In this document: positions 1 to 12,500 of the stretch, piece by piece | Layout: the number at the start of each line of letters is the position of its first letter | Position numbering within the stretch: position 1 is the stretch's first letter | From: Bugula neritina | Taxonomy: Eukaryota > Animalia > Bryozoa | Reading direction: 5' to 3' | Length of the DNA stretch: 64,000 nucleotides | Assembly (NCBI GenBank): GCA_964035545.1 | Contig: OZ037768.1 | Span: forward strand, 12,122,741 to 12,186,740 | Translations under genes and position numbers: made by a program | The notes under the pieces: model-generated | The model's database searches: none | The model's input: the letters and a program-made list of their open reading frames with translations, nothing else | What the model was told of the DNA's origin: nothing

Positions 1-1750
1 TATTGATCGGCATCCATTTGAGAGAGTAGATACATATCATGATTCAAATTCTCCCTGGAAATTGAATATTTATAATAATCATGTTGCAACTTGTTTCACT
101 TCATTTAAATCCAAGCTTAATATCAACATAAGCTCAGAGGTTAGAGTATATGAGAGCAGTAGTATGCAGCAGAACACAGCCATAGCTCAGCCGCAGTTTG
201 TCACTCTAAGAAGTTTCACCATTAATGCTTTCACCGGCTAAAAAACTGCAAATTATAACTATTCCAGCCATGATAGCAATGGGGTAAAAAACCCTTTCTT
301 TCAGAATAGGAAGTTGCCAGTTACTTGAAATAACAAGCCGTGTAAGAACATACCTCGAAAAGTAATATTCAATTTGACGCTTGAGTAGCACTTTAACATC
401 AAGCTGAGCTGGGGTTAGACTAGATGGTCCTCCTAAAAATTCATACATGTTGAAGAATTTCAGTTTCAAAGTTCTAACAAGCACCACTACTTGTTCCACA
501 ATTTCCCCCTTCAGCTTTTATCGTTACATTTTAAGAAGCTGGGGAGCTACTTTAGTTAAAGCTTTCACAAGCTACCAAGCAATGTTCAACTGACCAACTA
601 GACCTTAAAAAGCTGTCTATACTTAAAATCAATTAAATCAATAATTACAGCAGATTTACCATGCAAGTCCACTACTAACTGTAGCCTATAAACAGAGAAA
701 ACAAAAGATATTTATACAATTTACCATCAGGAGAAGTTATTGGATACACAGCGGAGTTGGAACTAGAAAGGTGGGTGCTGCTATTAGCATATGGAATATT
801 AAGGTTAGAGGCTTGAACGTTGACACTTGGTGATGAATTCAGGTTTGACGACGGTGCAGGTAAATCCTGCATGCTGCTGTTAGAAAGCTGTATGCTGTTG
901 GTAGGGGTGATTCCATCTAAACCATTTGAGTGGGTGTGAGGTTTTTCTGGGGAATTGTTGAACTGAGAGTCCATGCCAGCATCATGTTCATCAGCAATCT
1001 CTGCGCAAGTAAAAGACCTCTTGAGATAGACAATTATATAAATAAAACAACCAGTATTTGGCAGTTGCTATATGCTGTGTGTAAGTCGAGAGCCCAATTT
1101 CCCACCTTCAAATACCTGTTTGTTCTAGTATTTAGAACATAAAAAATTCACTGCTACTACTTGGCTAATTAATATATACGATTCAAAGTCCAGTAAAAAC
1201 CCAGCCTGTAATATCTGGTATAATGCAAGGGGGTGGGGGAGGGGGGCATGGTTACGTTTTTTGGCTAAGTAGGTTTTCATTGCACTGGCAATTTTGTAAA
1301 AAAATTGACCCTCATGACTATTGGACTGGCCACATAGATGAAAAAAGCCAGCCTGAGAAACCCAAAAACATCTGAAACTAGCTATCCTATCTACCTTCTA
1401 TCATGATCAAATATTTAGATAATGGTGTCTAGCTCCTATTGAACCAAAAGACGCATTCAGATTTGAGATGAAAAATCCATTTAAGAATTTAAGTCTTAGT
1501 TTTATGTTTTTATTCATTTCTTCATGATCTTTATTGTCTTTAGCTCCTTCTATTTATTTTTAATTAAAATAAATACAATATAAAAGGTTTGGTTTGCTGG
1601 TTTGCCTTAACTTTTACAAAGACCTTTGGGAAGTTACGATTCAGAACATGTAGCTAATTGGAAACTAGTAACCCAAAAGCTTATTAATGATCAAAGTCAT
1701 TACTTACCTTTATATTGAAGGTTAGAACCACTAGATTTGCCGCTGTACAT
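1..1750 (-). CDS. LARP4: La-related protein 4/4B-like, 5' part (exons 1750-1708, 1000-725, 432-354, 54-<1); gene continues off the left edge
   Basis: Phase-consistent GT-AG splicing gives MYSGKSSGSNLQYK-EIADEHDAGMDSQ...[47 protein letters not shown]. This matches the LARP4-type La motif start ([25 protein letters not shown]). The start codon is inferred. Confidence 0.85.
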
Positions 1751-2619
1751 GGCTGGCTGATGTCCTGGTTTCTAAAATTTTATAAATTGTATAAGAAAGT
1801 TACATAAAATTACTGTTCATATTGAGTTCGAATTTCTCTAGTATATATGTAAATGGAAAAGCTACAGTACAATGAAAACACTTGATTTACAATTTAATTT
1901 GAATCACAATTCTGTAGCACTCACGTTCATGTATTGATAGACTTTAGCATATAGGCCCACCCAGTCTATATTATGTGCTTGACTCCTACATTGTAAATTT
2001 ACTAAAGTGAGATTTATTCAATAAAGTGTTATACATCTTGTGTATATATGACAATTTTGCAGTTATTGTGATACTCTGTAAGTGTTATAGGGTGGACCAG
2101 CAGCAAAAAAGCACAAATGCAACAAGAATACTGTAATGGTTTAGAAAAACAAGTCAATGGTTAAGCATAACAAACAGCTTTTGCAATTATCACAAGTGAA
2201 CATTTTGTTTTATGTTGCAGTATAGCCCTAAAAGTACATACCATATTTTGGTCCAACTCCCTATAGATGGTTTATTCAGAAAGGAGAATCGACTGAAACA
2301 AAATACAAAATATTAACGGCAAAAAGTTGTAGCAGGTTATAACTAGAATACTAGCCACTAATTTAAACTTCCATTTTCGTTATTGATGAAGTAAAACAAA
2401 GGTTTAATGATTCAAAGCACTACAAAGCACTCGTACTGGCACCCTAGCCCAGGACGTTGTCTCTAGACCGCTATACCAGAGTTAACTTATATAAGAACAG
2501 GAAAAAAAGTAAAAAAGTGACGTGTATGCGCAATACATTTTTGCGTCCACTAATATACCAAAAGTCTTACAAAGTAAAAAAGCTAAGCTTAAAGTATTAC
2601 TTCAACTTCATGCAAGGTT

Positions 2620-5200
2620 ACACATACATGTAGTCTTAGTAACACGTGATACTAGTTGCTGTAACTGTTAATTAGGACTACTTCTACTATTATCCATTAT
2701 GATTATCATACGTACCTCATCATTATGACCGAAAATTTAATAATATTTTTTTCATTATATTACCAAATTAAAATTTCACTTTTAGTGGGAAACGTATCAA
2801 AGTAAGGAAGTCAAGGTTTAGGTTTAAGTATTTGTCACAGTGCCAGTCAAAGTGCCTATCGGCCTTACTCTCAACATTTAAAAGACTTAATTGAAGATCA
2901 CAAAAAAAGCACATATTGATATTCATAGTCATATTGATATACAGTTACAATTGATGAGTTGAATTACCAGTTGATTTACTTCAGTTTTTATTGAAAAAAA
3001 TCTAACTGTAAAATTAAACATTTTAAATTAGATTAATTTGAAAAATTTTTATAAAAAAAATTGCCAGTCACAGCCATTAGTTTAGTTTTAAATTTCCAAT
3101 TATAGACTTAAATCTAACCAGATATTAATATTGAAATAATCAAACATGAATACTCTTATGAGCATTTTTAATTCCTTAGTAATTGAGATTACTTTTAAGG
3201 GTAACACCAACAGCAACTATCACTATAAGTATTACTATTAGTATGTAGGCCAAATCTGGCAATAAAAATTTAACATGAGCAATTTATATTTTGTCAGTTA
3301 TAACGACTCAAACCCCAACTGAAAATCTAAAATATTTTTGCAAATGTTTTAGCTTAAGCTATCCCAAAAATTCAGTTTCTTTCCATGTGCAAAGTTCAGC
3401 GGAACCAAGTTTAAAGTCTTTTTTTTTGTAATTTAATGCTTGTTGGGTACCGTAAATCCCTGAATTGAGTTACATTTTCGTTTCTGTAATTCTTTTAAAA
3501 GCCGAAAATTGGAATATACCAATTAAAGATTGCTATTCTTTTAAAATACTTTAATTCTGAACAAAACAACATAAACTGTTAGATTAAACCACGTACAACT
3601 ACTATGTAATTTTAATAGGTCAACAGTAACAGCCATTGTAATTATTATGAATATGATCGTGTAAAGTTAACCAATTATTAGACTGGGTTAATGCTATCTC
3701 AGCTTTTTTTCTATACGTGAAACTCAAATTCTAGCTGCACATTTTCTTTTGAAACTGCAAAACTATTGCAGCTATGAGACCCTTCAACTAATTATACTAA
3801 TTTTTTTAGCCATATAATCAATCAGAAATTGAAAATACCACTATTCCTCAACAAATTTTCAGTAGGCGAGTGAGTAGCCCAGGCCAATTTCCAACAAAAT
3901 GAAATCGTTTGGTTTACCTAATAGTGGTATTATTAGTATTAAATTTAGTATTAGACATTAGCCTTGGACTTACAGTTACTGTTTAGAGACTGTTAGTGTT
4001 ACTCTTGGCCAGAAGTATTACTAGTAGTATCAGTATTAGCATAAGACTATTATAATCATAGTGACTATGGGCATGGCCATAGGTATCAGCATGAGTATCT
4101 GATTCTGAGCATTAGTATCAGTATGTAATTGTAAGTTCAGATTTAGTGTGAATTACTTTAACTTTTTGAGGTAGTGACACCACTATGACAACGAGTATGA
4201 GTATTACATTTAGTTTTATTAAATTATTACCATGTATATCACACTTCGACTTACTATTAGTATTAGTATCATTATATATTAGTAATATTATTACTATTAT
4301 ATTTAATTATTTGTTTCAAGTTAAACTATTATTAATATATTTGTAACTATCTTTAATTTACTAAAATTAGAAGTATTAGTAATACTAATAGTTATTTACT
4401 TTTAGTAATATGTAATAGTATGAGCATCTGAATCTGAGCATCAGTATCAGTATGTAATTGTAATTTCTGTTACCATGTATATTACACTTCGAATTACTAT
4501 TGATATCATTATATATTAGTAATATTATTATTATTAAATTCAATTATTTGTTTCAAGTTACACTATTAATATTATTAATATATTTCATTATTTGTAACTA
4601 TCTTAAATTTACTAAAATTAAAAGTATTAGTAATACTAATTAATAGTTATTAGGTCAAATTTTGCGAAAATGCCTATTAGTAATACCAATAGTACAACTA
4701 TAACATTAACTAATAGACTTAAGAGATTAGTACAGACAAATCACAAATGATGACAATGGGAATAATACAAATAGTATAACTATTACTACTAGTATAATTA
4801 CATGTATTATTACTATTAGTATTACTACAGTATTATACTATTACTATTAATATTTAGCATAAATTAAATAAAATTAAAATATTGAACTAAGAATTAGAAA
4901 GTAGTAAGAGTAAGATCAAGACTAAAGATTAACACTATGACTAAGTCCAACAGTAACAGCAACAGTAAGACTAAGAGTAAGTGTAACACTAACTTCAAAG
5001 GTAAACTAAAACTGCAAGAGTTAGTAAGTCTGACTCACTCATACAGTTACGGTTTACCTTTGACGAGTAACTGTAAGACTAAGTCTAACACTAACTGTGA
5101 TTAACAGTATGAGTAACTTTAGTGAGAACTACTACTACTACTACTAGCAACTAGCAAGGATCAGTAAGACTAAGAGTAAGAGTAAGTGTAACAGATGTCC
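2620..5200. repeat. Strand-symmetric hexamer-periodic low-complexity block (LARP4 intron 1 side of promoter 1)
   Basis: Runs such as taagactaagagtaagtgtaacactaac and tagtattagtaatactaatagt; densest at 3920-5200. Confidence 0.7.
4090..4650. repeat. Diverged tandem duplication (copy 1 ~4090-4397, copy 2 ~4420-4650)
   Basis: Shared segments tctgagcat(t/c)agtatcagtatgtaattgtaa, accatgtatat(c/t)acacttcga, aattatttgtttcaagtta and ctaaaatta(g/a)aagtattagtaatactaat occur in the same order. Confidence 0.85.
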
Positions 5201-5339
5201 ACTCAGGATTTTATTTACTCATTTAGATTAAATCAATCTACTAGTACTTCTAGTTCCTGCTCAAAGATATTACGAGATTGCAACTGAAATTAATGTAGCG
5301 TGCATTTTAGATAATTCACTCTTTAATAGACTAATATTA

Positions 5340-6060
5340 ATACGACTCAGAGTACTACACTGACCTCAACTGCAAGGAGTAGCTGGTCTGTCGGCAAGGT
5401 GGAAATCACATGTCCAGTTTGTAACTTTAAGGAAACAACACCGCGCTGATAAAATGCGTTTAATTGAAAGCTAATGTATTTTTAGTTTGAAAATTAGTTA
5501 AAACGAAAATTATACTTAATTTTTTAAATTAGTATAATTTCAAAATCTTGGCATCAATATTTGAAAATTTGTGTTTGCGATTCTAAGATTTTAAGCTAGC
5601 GGAACAAGTCAAAGGGGAGGTGAAAGTCTTCGTGCAAAAACACTCGCAAACCTGTTAATGCATCGTCATAGCAACCATTAGAGCAAAGACGGAATTGTTT
5701 TCTCTTAAAAATACCCTCGTGAAAAGATTATAATATGCGCGCTAAGTTGTCTTACCCTTTTATAAATAAAGTAGAATACTTTTGATGAAAGCAGAGAGTT
5801 ATCCTTTCATAAATAGTATTATATAAAGAACTTTAAAAACTTGAGCTGGTTACATGTTTCATAGTCTAAAACTAATTTCTTATTTTCAAAGGTTTAAAAT
5901 TGGTCATAAAAAGGCTTCCAACTCGTAAAAGGTTAAAGTGGGCAACCCTCTAAGTCTATGTATCCCTTCTTCACCCACAGCGCTTGAATTGCTTTGACTT
6001 TAAAGTTTAAATTTTCTTCCAAATCAAAGGGCCTTACTAATACTCTGTCTACTGTGAGCT
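5340..6060. promoter_or_regulatory. Inferred bidirectional promoter LARP4/SETD2 with candidate non-coding first exons
   Basis: Relatively CpG-rich island between divergent genes. Minus-strand donor GAG|GTCAGT at 5364 and plus-strand donor ACT|GTGAGC at 6054. The ATG-bearing exons of both genes are preceded by splice acceptors. Confidence 0.55.
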
Positions 6061-6129
6061 TATAATTTTTCTTTGTTCAAAACTCTTCGTTTAACAATTT
6101 TCATTTAGGTTTAGTAGCGCTAAAAGTTG

Positions 6130-8650
6130 ATATGATCTATAATCGCATTAATGATTGATCATATTCTGATTCATAAAAGTTAAAACTAAAACGGTAAAAC
6201 TTAAACTAAAAGTAAAACTAAAAGTAAATTGAACAGTGATGACATTCACATTGAGTTTGACTTTCACTTTGAGTTTGACTAATCTAATTACTGAGTCGGA
6301 TGAGACAGTAGACACTGACAGAGATTGAGAATGACTATGAGTGATCTGATGTTCACAGTTCTGGTTCATTTTGATGCTACTTTAGAATTACTCAAAGTTA
6401 AATGCTGAATTAATCGTTAACTTTAACCTTAAGAATAAGCTTAAGTTTTAGTTTATGACTTTATCATAAAGTGGATAATAAATATCATTACTCATTAGAT
6501 TAACTTCAAGTTAGAATTTTATTTGATCATTGTGATTGTGATTATTATGATAATTTAGTGATTTAGTCTTAAAAGTTAAATAGGAAAAAAACATATTGAC
6601 TCTACAATTACCAAAGCCATTAAAATCTTAGGTTACATAAAATCGACATTACATAAGGCTCCTGAAAAAGTTAGACCAGTGCTAGAATACTCCAGTGAAG
6701 TATGGGACCCCCATTATTTGAAAGATATATACAAACTAGAACGAGTCCAGAATAAGGCACTGCGGTTTATGCTGAGTTTAAAAGGAATTTGAAGTAAGAC
6801 CAAGGCTCGACAACAGCTAAATATAGATAGTTGGAATCACGTAGAAAATCAAGTTACTACTTTATTTCCTAGCTAATGAAAATGTCTATCCTGAAATTAT
6901 TAATACCTTCCAATAACTAAAAAATTCTCCATCTATCCTAACATGTAACATGTCTAGACATATTCCTCGTTCATTACTAACAAATTCTAACATATACTTT
7001 AATAGTTTCCTTCCTAGGACAATCAGAGGCCTTAGAATCCCTGAAGTCACGCCTTCATAACACTTCTCCCTTAAAGTCTCCTCTTCCCTCTCGAGGGTCT
7101 AGAGACTCAACACAGATACAGATACTAAATTTGATACTTATAGGCCTATACTAATAGTAATACTTATACTAATACTACATATGACTAAGTCTGATAGTAA
7201 TACTTATAGTTATAAGTTACAAACATAAGTAATACTTATCTATACTAATACTTATTGTAATACTAATAGTAAACTTTTAGTAATTGTTATACTTATTAGT
7301 TATTATAATTAATAAATTATTGTTATAAACTATAAGTATAACTATAAGACTAAGTGTAAAGTTAAGTTTAACAATAAGTCAATAACTGTATTGATACAAC
7401 TATAAAGATAGTTAATGTTATAGTCAATTGAGTTATGCTGTAGCCATACTGCCTTATGATTATTACAAACTCCTAAGTCATAGGCATAACAATATCTGTT
7501 CAATATGACTATGAGTGAATATGAATAGCAAATTTTAACTACTACTATTACTGTTATGATTAGTATTAGTATTAATTTAAAATTAAAAAAGCAATATAAT
7601 TTATATTGTGAATTAATATAAATATTATAATAATATATTATATTAATATAAATTAATTATAAATATAAATTTATAATATTATAAATAAATATAATAATGA
7701 TAGATATATTATATTTAATTTTATTATAAATATATGTTTAATTTTAAATTGATTGCAGTTTGATTTACCGTTAATAAGAATAAGTTACTGTGCGACTAGG
7801 TTTTAGTTATTAACCCAGTGTTACTGTTACACCTACTCTTAGTGATTTAGTCTTACAGTTACAGTTACTCTTGTGCCTATAGTTGTTAACTTCAAGTGTA
7901 AGGGTATAATTATAATGGTAGTAATAATGATAATAAAGAAATGGAAAAATAATAAATGATTTACTATCACCACCCAATCAAATCATGGAGATAAAATTTG
8001 AACATGATCATAATAAATGTACATGTCGATACCTGCCAAATTTTTCTTCACTGTAAACCACCCTGTTGGGTAGAAGGGGTGTGCCAAATTTTTCATCATG
8101 ATTTACATGTATGCATCTGTAGTCAGTAAATATATATTCAAAAATAATTTACACAGAATTAAAATAGGCCTGGTTAGCCTGTCTGTGGTAAGAATGCATT
8201 ATGGAACAGTGCTGTAGTTGTTGTATTTGATCTAATATATAAGTATGTAATTGTCTGGTAGAAAAATATTGTAATATTCATTTTGGTTTGTACTAATTGA
8301 GCGCAAAATTCCTTAATAATTGTCATTAAATTTTGAATAATAATTATTATTATTATAATAATTATAATAGTACTAGTAATGATAGTCATAATGATAATGA
8401 TAATTATAATACTAATTATCTAATATTGGATAGTAATACTAATACTTAGTAATAATTGTATTATAATTAATAGTAATAGTTATTGCAATTATAGCTGATG
8501 ATAAATATAGCTACATGTGATAATTATATTGTTGATCTTTAACTTTATCCTTCACTTTACCCAGATTGAGATTCATTTATCATTACGATTATAATCAAAG
8601 TGATCATTATTGAGTATGAGTATCAATATAAATATGCTTATTATAGTATT
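6130..8650. repeat. Strand-symmetric hexamer-periodic low-complexity block (SETD2 intron 1 side), interrupted by a LINE fragment
   Basis: aaactaaaagtaaaactaaaagtaaa, ttgagtttgactttcactttgagtttgact, atacttatagttataagttac and similar runs. Confidence 0.7.
6580..7125 (+). mobile_element. 5'-truncated, decayed CR1-group LINE 3' fragment
   Basis: Translates to VRPVLEYSSEVWDPHYLKDIYKLERVQNKALRF and NSFLPRTIR, paralleling the ORF2 C-termini of the LINEs at 47-51 kb. Ends in a short (CAGATA)n tail. Contains stops and frameshifts. Confidence 0.8.
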
Positions 8651-9549
8651 TTGCTAAATTTGAATGATGCTCTTGTGAGTTTTTAGAAAAATAACAATTG
8701 TGTTTTAATGAGGAACTAGTACAAAAGGAATCAAAGAAAATTTTATTAAAGAAGCAGTCGTGGAATTGATTTAGAAGTAGCTTTTTACAAATCTAGTTTT
8801 AACAAAAATAGAAACCACTGTGTTTTGCACCAAAAAAATTACTGCCTCTTTTAATATGAGCTTCTATTGTTTCAATCTAGAGAGCAAAATGTGCATAAAT
8901 GTATTATTTGCCAGGTGTAATATGCCTCTTACACATGCTGAATAGTATACTAATTATAGTTGTAATATTTGAATGCTTTCCTTTAAAAAAGCTGAGAAAA
9001 GTTGCCTATTATGATTAGTTATTTGAATATTTATTTTATTTTTAAATGCTTGTTTGAATTATATAAATTTTGAAATACCAACAGCACATATTGTTTTTAG
9101 CTGTGTTTAATTCGACCATATTTCAAAGTTTTATAAATTGCAGAACCAGTGTTATGCATCCATGTGTTTTGCGTGAAGCTGGACCCAGTCCAGCATTGAG
9201 GTTTTAGTAGTTGTATTTGGAACCAATTTAACTAATTTGTGTACGTTGCATTACTTTTATGCAACTCTAATAAGGAATTTTTTAAAATATAAATACCAAC
9301 TATAAACTATAAACTCAGTTAGATGTTTTAATTTGTTTGTTTCAGCTACAAGTGATTTGCCGTGTCAACAGAATGTTTCATCTCGCTGTTGGCTTTCACA
9401 TATGAGTCTGAGCTGAAAGTAAGAAGTAGTTAATGTTTACTAAATCATCATTCGATTATTTTTTATAAAAGATGGAAAGCTAAATGTCTCTTGTGTAAGT
9501 AACTATTGTGCATGCTTTTAGAAATATACAGTTGGCACCCCATGTCATT

Positions 9550-12500
9550 ATGTCGAAAGAAGACTATGATCCCCTTTTCCCTACTGTTGAGTAAGTACAC
9601 TGCTAATAGCTGTTAGTCCTTATAGTGGCTACTCATATTTAAAATTGAACATTTTCACTACAATATGCATTCATTTATTCAATTTATCTTATGCAAACTC
9701 TTTTTATTTTTATTTCAAGTAACACATATATATATATGTTAATTGTAGTGAAGACTGCATATTCATTAGTGATTCTAAGAAATCAAAGAAAAAATCTTCA
9801 CAGCAAGTGTGTTCATTTGAAAACGCAACATTTGCTCTACCTGATTTGGACAGTATACCACTTCCTGGAACTACTAATTTACACGATGAAAAAATTGCAC
9901 CACAAACAAGTGAGAAATCAGAACTGTCCAAACCAGATAGAGTAGAGACAGAAGCTTTGAATCATTGTGAAATAAAAGAATCCCTACCTGATGACAAAAA
10001 GAAGCAGGCAGGTATTAAAGTTGAAACTTGTGTAGAACCTGCAGAAAACTCACCTCCTCTCAATAAAATTCAGATGCTTATTAAACAGAAGACTGAAAAA
10101 CTGAAGGAAACTGCAATTGTTAGTGCTAAACCAATAGTTAAATCTACTGGCTTAACATTTGGTGTTAAAAAATCAAGACTTTTGGCGACTGAAAAAGTAA
10201 AGTTTGCTGTTTTAAAAAGAGATTTAAAAGTGACCACTTTTAAAAGTGACAGCGATGATGATAGCAGTACTAAAGAGCCTGGCCCTTCCCCTCCGAAGCA
10301 GCAAAGTGCTGAGGTTAGCACAGTCAAACCTAGTCTTATTCCAAGTAGCCCAAATAAAGAGAAACTCACTAGTGCTGAGGTTTCAAGTCCAAGTTCTGAG
10401 CAAAAGAACTCTCAGATAAATGTGACTCCCAAAAAAGTTGGTCCTGGGTCAGCAAAGTCTAAATGGGATATGTCCCCAGAAATGATGAAAACTAATAAAC
10501 CTGGAAAGAAAGCTCATTTTCAATCATCACTTAATAACATAGCATCTTCAAATGCATCTGAGAAGCTGCCTAATAACTTTAGCACAAATACCAATACAAT
10601 CAAGGTTAAAAATTTGAATTTATCTTTTGATCATTCTACTGAAGTTTCTAAGGGAGATGTTCAACAAAGGGTAAATAACGACATGCTCACTAAACTTGAT
10701 CAACAATTGACTTCTCCTGAAAAATTGACGAGTGTTGATAAGTACGACTTAAGTAAAACTACTAATATAATGTATCCACTACAAATGGCTGCAGTATCTT
10801 CTGAAGAGAAGGCCACTAGAGCTACACCGTCAACAGTGGAGTCTACAAAGAATTTGTCGTATGAAGCAGATAGTACTATTAGTGATGAACGGTCGCCCTT
10901 GCAACAGAAAAAATCAGTTGAGCTCTACAGCGATAGTGATAGTGAAGATCAGTTGGCTTCCTGGACAACATCCTCAAAAGTGAACGAGCCAGAAACGCAA
11001 GATTCTGAAAATGTCCCCAATACTCAAAATACAGAAATAGCTAATGATTCAAACTCGAATAAAATACCAGATATTCCGGATTCAAGTGCTCACATATTGC
11101 TAAATAAGGATGGTGAGTCGGCATCTTATTTAGGAACTGCACCTTTGTTGAACCATCAGCCTGTTTCTGTTGCTACATCTGTTGCATCTGCTGGAGATGA
11201 GGATCTCAAAAACTTCTCAGCTGTTAGTCAAAGTATCAATGTGTAAGTAGATGTTATCACTCCTCTATTTATACTACTTTTATTATAACCTTATGTTGCA
11301 CTTTTATCTACATATTTTACTCATTACTGTGCTATTTAAAAATTCAAAGATGTCCAGTTAGTGAATTTTACAAGGATATGTCTTATGCCGTTTTTTATAT
11401 ATGCAGTGGGTTTTTATCTTGATAACACAAATATTTTTTAATTTTCCATAAAAATCCCAGTTTCAAGGTTTTCTATTACCTGTCATTTTATTGATTTAAA
11501 AAAGTTCTAGTCAATGACTTTTACACTTGGTAACAACGGTAATTAAAGTGCAGGAAAACATTGCTTGAAAAAAGTGTCTTTCACTTCTATGTAATTCACT
11601 TGTAACACTCCTGTATTGTAAAACTTGTTTTCCAGTATAAAGATTTATATGTTGAATAGATTGAATGAGTCTCAAGCTTCTTACTAATATAAAGTTTAGG
11701 TGGCGAAAGATCTTTGAGTTTTTGATTTTATTATTAATAAATATTATCTCTTTTAACTTTTAGTAACACAGAAGGTATGGATGATCCAGTAAATGCATTT
11801 GCTAAGCAGCCTTCTCCGACACCAGTTTTACCTCCTGACCACGTAATTGCATCAGAGGCAAGTCCCCGTCCAGTACCTCCACCTGTGTCTACGTCTACTT
11901 TTCTTTCCTTGCCGGTATCCAATCCTCCAGACACTGTTCAGAGCTGTGCACCACGTGTTAGTGAACTCACAACCGTTGCACAAGAACTGTTTGATGCTCT
12001 TAATGAACGAATTCGTTCTTCAGCAGGCACTAAGCCTGTAGATGAGATGACAGTCACCTCTAGTGACACGGCTCAACCACAGCAAGCACGGAATAGAAGT
12101 AAAGCCTCACAAAGCCGTTCCAAAAGCCGAGAAAGATCTCGCAAGCACTCTAGAGTAAGCGATGGAAAAAGGAGATCAACAAGGTCTAGAAGTAGAGACC
12201 GTAGATCTAGAGACAGGAAGAAGTCTGAAAGGAGGAGGTCAGTTAGTAGAGGTAGGAGTCATCGTGGCCGAGATAGGCGATCTCGGAGCCGCCATCGCTC
12301 TAGATCTTCTAGCCGCTCAAGAAGTCGTCATTACAGAAGCCCGGACCGCAGAGATAGTACTAGAAGGCGGTCTACTCGAGATAGGAGTAGAAGTTCTGAA
12401 CGGCATAAACCACGTAGCTCTTCGCCCCCAGCTAGGTAAGCAGAAATTTTATTTTGCTATTGCGTTACCATCTGATGTTTGTTATGAAATCCAATCAGAC

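Noticed and set aside
1227-1247. G-quadruplex in a LARP4 intron
   Set aside because: Only three long G runs; an isolated homopolymer-like tract with no supporting context.
2450-2482. tRNA/SINE head remnant (minus TAGCGGTCTAGAG)
   Set aside because: Only an A-box-like match; no B box or body similarity.
6148-8389. Short ORFs 6148-6369 and 8174-8389 (also 36849-37061, 46090-46356) with hydrophobic or alternating residues
   Set aside because: They are translations of the low-complexity mosaic DNA, with no splice or homology support.
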